From positions 1 to 8,084 of the forward strand of contig JALDTO010000221.1 in assembly GCA_023515725.1 (NCBI GenBank): 8,084 bases of DNA, in the 5' to 3' direction. The notes under the pieces are model-generated. The model made no database searches. It had not been told where the DNA came from and saw nothing but the letters and a program-made list of their open reading frames with translations. The stretch comes from Amoeboaphelidium protococcarum X5. Taxonomy: Eukaryota > Fungi > Aphelidiomycota. Positions 1 to 8,084 of the stretch are shown one piece after another (position 1 is the stretch's first letter; the number at the start of each line of letters is the position of its first letter). The position numbers and the translations under genes were made by a program.

Positions 1-33
1 GCTGCATGATGATTCAAAGGTAGATCATTCATC

Positions 34-1362
34 TCACTAAACAGCAATATTTGAATCTGCTGTATCCCCCATTGCAAAATTGAAAAGAAAATTTTGCTAG
101 AGACATAATCCTGGATTTCGATATCTTCTTTTCTATATCTTCTTTTCAGCGTCAATATCATAACTCTACTAACTTTCGCTCGATAGCTAAGGCAAGGTAC
201 ACTAGTCTTCAGCGAGTCGCCAACATTTGTGTTGCAACTCTAATTACTGCCCAACCAGCTTAAGCAATTCATCCAATGAAGGCGCATTGCTCAATTTATG
301 ACGCAGAACAAGAGAGATCGCTCCACTTGCCGGAACAAGAACAAACTTCCCATCACGTTCAATCTCTCGGAGGATTTCATCCAGAATGGGGCGCTGCAAG
401 TTATTTTCGGCAAGGGCTTTCCGAGGCACTTTGAGTTCAGCATCCAGTAACTCAAGGATTTTCTTCATGTCTGGAAAAGCCTCTGTCGCTTCAGTAACTG
501 ACTTCATCGCCTTCTTAACTTCATCGACCAGAAAATCTCCAATTACAACTCGTAGATCTTTGCTAGGATCCAACTTGCTCTCCATGATAACATTAACAAG
601 TCGATCATACTTTGCTGGAACACCGCCCAACACGGCCCATACAGCCTTTTCGAGACCAGCAGAATTAATCCACTCCAATGCGGGTTTGCATTGTTCCAAT
701 TTCTGAACGGTTTCCCAATCCATTGGCTGGATAACGAGAACGCGCTGTCGTTCAGTAGAAAGAAGACTAGGCGGCAAGGAATTAGGCGAACCATCAACGA
801 TCACGCGGAGACCATACTTTTCCTTTAGCGTTCTGACTGCACCAGTGAGACCGGCATAAGCTTCTCCAGGCGATCGTTCAGTAGCATTCAAGACAGCAAT
901 AGGAGGAGAAATAGCAAAGCGTCTGTACCACCACAAAACACGGGCAGCATTAGATCGGGGATTCCATGGGCCGTAATTGACATTTGCCACATCCCTGAGA
1001 ACAGCATTTATGATGGCGTCCTGATCCATCCCGGGCTTCACCTCCTTCTCCACAACTCCGAAAGCTCGATTAGTGACAGTATGAACAAGAACAGATTTCC
1101 CAATTCCCTTCTGCCCGATAACCACCACGTACTTCTGCCTATCAACAACCTCAAGGGCATTTCGAAGAATGGTCAAATCCGCTGTGCGATTCGAAATAGG
1201 AAGACGCGGTGAACGAAGCTTTGAACGGAAAGCAAATATAAGCGCGCGTAGAGGCCCTGCACGAGGCAATAAGCCCGATGAACTCAGACAGAAAATTCCA
1301 GCACCGCTACCAAGCAGCGTTATAAGAGGTGATAATTCCGTCAAAGTCTTGAGATAGTTCAT
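34..1362 (-). CDS. P-loop NTPase (AAA/STAND-like ATPase) of unknown function with N-terminal hydrophobic segment. 372 aa if it ends at TAA 244-246; 442 aa if TAA=Gln and it ends at TGA 34-36
   Basis: ATG at 1362-1360, with an in-frame TGA upstream at 1423-1425 and no intervening ATG. Walker A motif YVVVIGQKGIGKS (GQKGIGKS at 1093-1116), a hydrophobic strand ending in Asp (LRVIVDG) and a GGVP motif as seen after STAND/archaeal-type ATPase domains. The first in-frame TGA after the TAA is at 34-36. Confidence 0.75.
121..147 (+). repeat. Short tandem duplication, ATATCTTCTTTTC x2
   Basis: Exact 13-nt copies at 121-133 and 135-147 separated by one T. Confidence 0.7.
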
Positions 1363-1565
1363 TGCGGGATTTTCAAGAAAAGAGCGCTGAAATAATAGTT
1401 TTCTTCCCAGGTTCTCTTGATTTCAATGGAAGATTGAGAGCCAGAGTCGCACAATAGTTCTGCCGTCGTCATCGCTCATTTCTCTCGACTGCTCTCGTTC
1501 TTTGCTTTGCGCTTAGATTTTCAGGTGTGGAAATCTTGAACACTATCGAAAGTAATACAAGTGCA
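1363..1565. promoter_or_regulatory. Divergent intergenic region (203 nt), probable bidirectional promoter for the NTPase and ACOX
   Basis: Lies between two head-to-head start codons; no specific element identified. Confidence 0.4.
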
Positions 1566-3446
1566 ATGACGAAATAGTAATCAGCTTACACTGGGTAGCC
1601 ATCGTTTGATGTGAAGCAACTGCAGCATCTACTTGATCATGATAATCATGAGAAGAGAGAGGCGTTTAAAGAGTTTGTCAAGGATCCCCTGTTCATTCCT
1701 CGTTTTGACGTCAGTCTGAGATATGAGAGAGAACTGGCACTGGAGAGATTGAAGCGTATCTGCGAGGCTGGATACATCAGCGTGACAGACTTTGAGTAGA
1801 ATCCTCTGAATGTTTTCGCCGCTCATGAAACTGCTGGTCTGATTGATGGTTCCATGGCCACTAAGATGACGGTGTAGTTCAATCTGTTTGGAGGTACAGT
1901 GATCAAGCTGGGTACAGAGAGACACCGTAAACTCATCTCAGGCATTGATAGTCTGGACCAGGTTGGTTGTTTTGCTTTGACTGAGCTGGGCTTTGGTAAT
2001 AATGCTGTCGAGATGTAGACCACCGCTGTGTGGGATGCCAAGACTAAAGAGTTTATCATTAATACTCCTACCACGCTGGCCTAAAAGTATTGGATCACCA
2101 ACAGTGCTGTGCATGCCAAGTGGGCCGTTGTTTTTGCTCAGCTGCATATTAATGGTAAGCATGAGGGTATTCATGTGTTCTTGGTGCGCATCAGAGAGGA
2201 AGACATGTCTGTGAGTCCTGGTGTTGTTATCCAGGATATGGGATACAAGTTTGAGTGTAATGGTGTGGATAATGGTAAGCTATGGTTCAAGAATGTACGT
2301 ATACCTCGCGAGAATCTGCTCAATCGTTACTCTGATGTTACTGAAGATGGCAAGTTTGTGAGTTAGATCAAGAATAAGAGAATGAGATTTCTGACCGTAG
2401 CTGATCAGCTTCTGAGTGGACGCTTATGTATTGCATCAATGAACGGATCCGCTGCTAGACTGTGCCTGGCTATTGCTGTCAAGTACGCCATTTCTCGTCT
2501 CACTGTTGGTCCCCAAGGCAAATCTGATACTCCAATCTTTGATTATTAATTGCAGCAGAGAGCCATTGTTCCCCTAGTAGCTAGAACGATGTGTCTTCAT
2601 ATCGCTCTTAACTATTGCAAAGAGCGTTGGATCAATGATTCCCCGCAAGATCATGAGGAAGTTGTTCGTCTGTGCTGCGTCATCAAGCCTATGGTGACTT
2701 GGAACTTTGAGCGTGTTGCCTCTGTGTGTCGTGAGCGCTGTGGCGGTCAAGGATATCTTGCATGTAATCGTCTGGGCCAGAACATTGGTTTCTCTCATGC
2801 CGGTATGACTGCCGAGGGTGATAATTCCGTCCTTATGCAGAAGGTCACTAAGGAGTTAATGGCCGCCATTCAGGGAGGAAAGTACAAGTTGTAGTTTCAC
2901 AAGCCTGGTGCAGGTATCGTGGGTGACAATGTCTAAGAATTAACCAAGTTGGGCAGTTTGTTGAAGCTATTTGAGGCTAGAGAAGCGTTTGTGGTCTCTC
3001 AATTAGGGAAGTCTATGAATGATAAGATGAAAGGTCAGGGGAAGCCTCTGTTCGATGTCTGGATGAAGGAGGAGAGTGATAGTATTCAGATGTCTGCCCG
3101 TTCTTTTGGTGAGCGAATGACTCTGACTCAATGTATTACTCAGCTGGAGAAGAGAGATAATGCTGCAATTAAGGATATTTTGACGCAAGTGACCGTGATC
3201 TATGCTTTGCACAGCATTGAGCAGGATCTGTCTTTCTTTATTTTGAATGGCTTTGTTAGTGTGAAGCTGGGAGCTCAATTGCCTGACCTGTTAAGATCTT
3301 TGATTGCAAAGTTGGCACCTCAAGTTAATCACCTGGTTGACTCTTTCGGTATACCTGAGCATATGTTGCATGCTCCTATCGCCAAGGATTGGGAAGAGTA
3401 TAACGTTGGAGATAATCAAGGAGAATTAATTAAGGCAAGATTATGA
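1566..3446 (+). CDS. ACOX: Peroxisomal acyl-CoA oxidase, 626 aa, intronless, 11 in-frame TAA/TAG read as Gln
   Basis: One frame from ATG 1566 to TGA 3444-3446 joins ORF fragments 1611, 2109, 2550 and 2949. Motifs: TV(Q)[21 protein letters not shown](Q)KYWI, NGVDNG, DY(Q)[19 protein letters not shown] (catalytic Glu). C-terminal ARL is a PTS1. TAG at 1575, 1596, 1797, 1875, 2016, 2364, 2892; TAA at 1578, 2082, 2547, 2934. Confidence 0.95.
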
Positions 3447-3527
3447 GTGAGTGATATGGTATCTGTTGTTGAAAGATTACTGGGATTTTGGAGATATTCT
3501 TTTTAATTAATCACGCATATAATACTA

Positions 3528-4985
3528 TCATTGTGATGTCTCTTAAATAGCCCTCTTCAACAGCTGAATAAATTAATACACATCGCTGAAAGAGTTATAT
3601 AGAGGCACAGGAGCGACACGGATACAATATGGTTTGCGTTCATCACACACCACCCCATACGAGGTCAATTTATCAAATATCAGCTTAATGTCCTTTTTGA
3701 AAATCAAAGACAGCTGACAACCTCTCTATTCCACATCTCTCGGTGTGACAATCTAGAATGTCGCGTTTGACCCTTATTGTTATTGCAGAGATTATAAAAA
3801 TTCATGTTCTAACAACATTTCCATATACCCAGTTAGCATTAAACTCTTGCGTCTTAAAGCATCCATGCCCACCTGATCAAATATCAGTAGACTAGAATAG
3901 AGAGCGACAACAGCGAGCACACAAGGATTAGACATTCTATAAACTTGAGCGGTTTCCAGCGGATCGATCTGCGACTTCATCTAGAATCTACTCTCGCTCT
4001 TGTTAGACCACCATCCATACAGCTTCGGTACATTCTGACTATTGTTGACACCCAGGTGTCTTTCATTCACATAGAGGCCCGCGATACCACCAGGGCCAGA
4101 GTTGAGATACTTGTACGAGCACCAGGCCGCAAAATCAACATCCCAATCGTGTAGGTGTAGGGGAACATTACCAACAGCATGTGCAAGATCAAAGCCCACC
4201 ATACATCCCTTGGCATGGCCAGCTCTCGTAATATCCTTCATATTGAACAGCTGTCCTGTATAATACTAAACACCGCTGAACAAAATTAGGGCAATCGCTT
4301 CTCCTTGCTCTTCAATACACTTCACAATGTCTTCATGGTGTATAATACCGTCGTCTTCATTGCGCGGCTTTACTGTCAGAAGAGCATCCTCAAGATCGTA
4401 ACCGTGAAACTAGATCTAACTCTATACGGCATATTAATCGCTAGGGAAGGCGTGATCTTCAATCAAAATTTTATACCTCGTCGCCGTCGGTCTATAGAAC
4501 GAGACCATGAGGAGGTGCAGATTGACAGTCAGCGAATTCGCTACAGCAACTTCAGAATCTTTACAGCCAACGACTTTGGCCATTGCAGATGTTACGTGAT
4601 CATCAATGGACACCCACGGTCTCTGATGACGATGATTAAAGTGCCCATGTACTCCCATCTCGTCCCAGACGTCTAGCTCTTCATTCAGCAGACGGCGAGT
4701 CTATTTGGGCTACAAACCAAGCGAATTGCCGCAAAAATAAATACATTCGCTGTCTTTATTCAGATTTCCATTCACTGCTAATCTGTTTGGAGAAGTACTG
4801 CGAGTATTCTGATCGACAGAGGCATCCGGATCATGCGGTTTGCCTTGTACATTACTTGCCAATGGAATGGAAAACTATTGGCGGTACTCTCTCAACTAAT
4901 CCTTTTCATCTAAATATTAAGCAAACTCTTGAGAATTAAAGTCCAACTAGGACTAGTTGACCAAATGCTTAAGTTGCGCGTCCAT
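3528..4985 (-). CDS. KYNU: Kynureninase (PLP-dependent; BNA5/KYNU), 485 aa, intronless, 20 in-frame TAA/TAG read as Gln
   Basis: One frame from ATG 4985-4983 to TGA 3530-3528 joins ORF fragments 4434-4658, 3981-4241 and 3792-3980. Motifs: YFCGNSLGL(Q)[25 protein letters not shown](Q)YA, SGV(Q)[27 protein letters not shown] (PLP lysine), [18 protein letters not shown]. Confidence 0.96.
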
Positions 4986-5335
4986 TGATCTTCAGCGATA
5001 GGTTCCTTTGTAAGAAGATAAACGAAATGTAAAAGAGTGCTTACTTAGAGCGACATGAGGCGTGAGAATGTCCTGAAAACCATGGCTCATTGGATGTGAT
5101 CTGATTACCGAAAAAGTTAACTGTGAATATCTTGATGCATTTCTTTAGAATTTTTTCTACTATAAAGTGCTGTTGTAAGACTGCTTTTTATCCATTCATA
5201 AGGACGTTTGACGCGTTTGGGGTTGTCATGGTGAATGTTTCAGCTTTACAGCTTTCTCGAAATGGTCATGAAACCGATCAGCATCGTTTCTCTATCAATT
5301 TTATGAGCATATGGCCATTATATTAAACTGAAATT

Positions 5336-6029
5336 ATGAATATGACAGAAATAGAGTGGGATTATCATCAGCAGTTATTTTAGCGAAAGCATTAAGAGCT
5401 GTAAGTTTGAAGTATGAAAGGCTTTTAATGTCACATAACATGGATTTGTAGACTGAGACAGAGAGAGTTACTATTCAGCGATAATTATGCATTGGTACAC
5501 GAGATAGAGGAATAGCCAGATATAGTCGATAGATTGCTAGAAATGCAACACCAAGACTTGAAGAAAAGAGTGGAAGATTTAAAGTTATTACTTGCGCACT
5601 TTCATGATATAGATGTGAAGGTATAAGGTGAAGATATATCTGAATGTGATAAGCTTACTGATGAGTAGCACACAAATTCTAAACCGCTTTTACAAATCAA
5701 AATTCCAGAGAACGATACAGGCGATCAGAATGTGAAGGTATGATTTTATGATAATGGGACTAAACATCTAATCCAATTAATCTCACATGTAGAATATGAA
5801 AGAAGCACAAACTGCTCCAGAATAGTCAAGAACGCCATCTCCCACCAAGAGATCTGTATTCAGGTTCTTCTCTCGTCCATCATCACCTACGAAAGTGGCA
5901 GTCAGTGAAACGACAGACGCGTCGCCAGTGTAAAGCGAAGTAACACCAAAGAAGAACAAATCTCTATTCTCAAGATTAAGTCGATAAAGTAAGAAGAAAG
6001 GACAGCTGCCGGAGACTGATTAAAAATGA
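5336..6029 (+). CDS. Hypothetical protein, about 195 aa, three exons (5336-5400, 5452-5737, 5793-6029). Coiled-coil-like N-terminal half and Ser/Pro/Lys-rich C-terminal half; start uncertain
   Basis: With TAR=Gln and two GT-AG introns removed, a continuous frame reads MNMTEIEWDYHQQLFQRKHQELLRQRELLF...DQNVK/NMKEAQTAPEQSRTPSPTKR...GQLPETDQK-TGA (6027-6029). Each intron removes an in-frame TGA. Gln codons are 9 TAR and 9 CAR, like its neighbours. In-frame ATGs also occur at 5135, 5228, 5303 and 5342. No family recognised. Confidence 0.65.
5401..5451 (+). other. Predicted spliceosomal intron, 51 nt
   Basis: GTAAGT donor and TTTGTAG acceptor; contains an in-frame TGA; removal preserves the reading frame. 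Confidence 0.65.
5738..5792 (+). other. Predicted spliceosomal intron, 55 nt
   Basis: AAG/GTATGA donor, CTAAT branch-like motif at 5768-5772, TGTAG acceptor. Phase 0; joins to a TGA-free 79-codon terminal exon. Confidence 0.6.
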
Positions 6030-6048
6030 TAGTACTTGTTAAGTAATC

Positions 6049-7038
6049 TCAAATATCTTAGGCTTTGAAAATCAATTTTGGATTCATGATTATATCTCTG
6101 CACTCAACTAAACGCAGTTCGTTGAGTCTCATTTTGGTGATGGAATCAACAACTGATTAGTGATCTGCCTTCAGCTGTCGTTCATCCAATTCAGCCATCT
6201 TCACTGTTGTCTTTAATATCTCATGTACAGTTGACAATGCTAGCTCACAAGACTGTCTTAAATTAAATTAAGTGGTGCCATTTCCAGCGCCAAATGCAAG
6301 AATAAGAGCACTAAACAGATCACCAGTTCCAGTAAAGTTGCCCTCAATCTTGCTGAAAGAGATCTTGAATCGCTCGCCACTACTTGAATCGGAAGCAAAT
6401 AGATGTAACTGCCTGCTTGAACTTGATTGTACATCCTATTATTGAGGAAATTCTACGGACGATATTACTATCTTTTTCACGCCTTTATCGTGAAGCGTAT
6501 CAAATACGCGTTGAATATCACTTTCAGACATGATCGTCTATCCACTAAGCCATTCAGCTTCATATTGATTAGGTGTGATCACGTTCGCAAGTTAAAGCAG
6601 TCGATCGCGATAGATAGGAAGCACTTCTTCAGGTACATACATCTTACCATTATCACCCATTACTGGATCTAGAACATAAAATACATTGCCATCACCTGAA
6701 GACTTTATCTATTCAATCCCCGAAGCCACAGCATTCAACGCATCAGCCGATCCGACGTACCCAGTCAGCAAGTAATCATATCGCATGAGCTGGTTCCTTC
6801 TCAAGCCATCCAAAAGTTCAGAGATATCTTGAGCCGTTGACTTTCTTCCCTTCCATCCAATGAAGTCATCACTTAAATCATCGCGTTAGATTCGCGAGTA
6901 CCCAGTGTGATTGCTATAAGACACTGTGTTTATGCTATCAACATCAAATCCACTGAAGAGCAGAGCTGGAACCGCTGCTTTATTACCCACGTATCCCGAC
7001 ACTACATGCGATTAAATTGACAAAACTTTCCCTTTCAT
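6049..7038 (-). CDS. PDXK: Pyridoxal kinase (ribokinase/PfkB fold; PDXK/BUD16-like), 329 aa, 10 in-frame TAA/TAG read as Gln
   Basis: Missing from the standard ORF track. ATG 7038-7036 to TGA 6051-6049. Motifs: VLSI(Q)[61 protein letters not shown] (anion hole), ELRLV. Confidence 0.95.
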
Positions 7039-7193
7039 TTCGTAATTAAGTTTATATAAATATCCCTCTCAAAAATAAGAACCTTATTAAGTGTCAATAA
7101 GACTTGGTAACGTGACGCGATCAATCTTGATTTGATCAGAGAGCGAAAAGTAAAACGTTATAAAGTTTGCTAAAAGTAGAAGATAGTTAAAGG
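7039..7193. promoter_or_regulatory. Divergent intergenic region (155 nt), probable bidirectional promoter for PDXK and the rhomboid gene
   Basis: AT-rich, between head-to-head ATGs; contains TTTATATAAA near 7051-7060. Confidence 0.4.
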
Positions 7194-8084
7194 ATGGTAG
7201 TCAGAGGACTCATAAGACCAGCGATTTTTGCTGTAACTAGCTCTACCGTAATCTAAGGCTCCGCTGTATATTTGGATATTGTCTAATCGGTGAGAGACTT
7301 CTCCAGTGATAATTACAGACCGAATGGTGATAGATCGTGGCCTAGATGGAAGGATCTACAAAATTATATGACTTTGAAGACCCTCTTTGGCTCAATGTCT
7401 TTCCGGCCTATTTAGCTTGGAGGTAACGATACTTCATGGAGGAGATTATGGCATGAAAAGGTGGAGTCTTCCACATTGGTTCCGAGTCTATTGAAAGAGT
7501 ACAGTCATATCATGGTTGATAAGTGGGCCGACGCGGATGAGTACAAGCGATTAGCTGCTGGTATAATAGCCTTAAATGCTTTGGTATTTATTGGATGGCG
7601 AGTACCTATCAGGCGATTTTAATAGCGTATTATGCAAAAGTACTTTCTCGACAATGTTGCATCATCCAGCCCGTCTGCGCTGTTGGGATCGTCTTGGTCG
7701 CACATATCATTTCTCCATCTAGCCTTCAATATGTATGCTCTGAGCTCATTCATGCCCCATGTATTGGAAGTCATGTCCAAGCATCATCATCGTCACATAA
7801 TAAGATAGGATCCATCTTCTTCTGACTCGATATTCAGCAACATCAACATTAGCGGTGAATCTTTGGAAGGACTTGCATTTTACACGTCCGCTGGCATTTG
7901 GGCTGCTCTTTTGAGCCGCTCTTTTAAAACATTACTGGCTTCTAGGTACACTCATTTTGTAAGTCAAGGATCGTTGGGCGCGTCTGGTGCTTTGTATGCT
8001 GTTCTTACTTACACTGCACTCACATCAAGTCCGAACACGATGCTCTCTGTCATCTTCCTCCCCGGTCTATCTCTACCTATATTG
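7194..8084 (+). CDS. PARL: Rhomboid intramembrane serine protease of the PARL/Pcp1 (mitochondrial) type, 3'-partial (297 codons in window), 6 in-frame TAA/TAG
   Basis: ATG 7194 with an upstream in-frame TGA at 7113 and no TGA to the window end. Motifs: GIIALNALVFIGWRVP, M-x-KYF, SHISFLHLAFNMYALSSF, AFYTSAG, SLGASGA (catalytic Ser codon 7983-7985), SVIFLP. Confidence 0.88.

Noticed and set aside
144-1392. 8-nt inverted match (TTTCAGCG / CGCTGAAA) flanking the NTPase as possible terminal inverted repeats
   Set aside because: Too short, no target-site duplication and no transposase motif; expected by chance.
4750-4860. Low-complexity insertion near the kynureninase N-terminus as a possible intron
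   Set aside because: It is in frame and free of TGA, has no convincing splice pair, and this region varies in length among eukaryotic kynureninases.
5123-5326. 67-aa ORF as an independent gene
   Set aside because: Its TAA is not a stop in this code. It is in frame with the orphan gene and is either 5' UTR/promoter or an N-terminal extension; composition looks non-coding.
3528-6060. In-frame TAA 2-5 codons before the TGA in KYNU (3543), the orphan gene (6021) and PDXK (6058), suggesting fossil or context-dependent TAA stops
   Set aside because: The PDXK C-terminus read to TGA ([23 protein letters not shown]) matches the length of the human ending as I recall it, and KYNU is also of normal length to TGA. 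With frequent TAR codons this is plausibly chance.
386-7825. Short antisense or alternate-frame ORFs in the track (e.g. 386-706, 543-797, 1169-1357, 1629-1925, 2574-2798, 3003-3278, 4305-4676, 6427-6672, 7595-7825)
   Set aside because: They overlap well-supported genes, show no motifs and were computed with the wrong genetic code.
7959-7964. GTAAGT donor-like motif in the rhomboid gene
   Set aside because: The frame continues directly into the catalytic SLGASGA motif, which splicing from here would disrupt.
1566-8084. Interpreting the interrupted genes as pseudogenes or sequencing errors
   Set aside because: All interruptions are TAA/TAG, never TGA or frameshifts. Catalytic motifs are intact and many interruptions sit at conserved Gln positions.
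1-8084. Suppressor tRNA, rRNA, CRISPR array or transposon
   Set aside because: No cloverleaf, spaced repeat array or transposase/integrase motif was seen by eye; intergenic spaces are very small.

Overview
Compact eukaryotic genomic DNA that uses a non-standard nuclear code: TAA and TAG are read as Gln and TGA is the only stop (translation table 6 type). This is why the supplied standard-code ORF track is fragmented. Re-translating by hand gives six genes in strictly alternating orientation (-,+,-,+,-,+): a P-loop NTPase of unknown function, a peroxisomal acyl-CoA oxidase ending in ARL (PTS1), kynureninase, a predicted three-exon orphan protein, pyridoxal kinase, and a PARL/Pcp1-type rhomboid protease cut off by the window end. 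Peroxisomal and mitochondrial genes, ~50-nt GT-AG introns and TAR=Gln would fit an aphelid such as Amoeboaphelidium protococcarum, but this is inference. The standout anomaly is the P-loop NTPase, which looks like a standard-code gene (no TAR in 372 codons, then TAA) inside a recoded genome.
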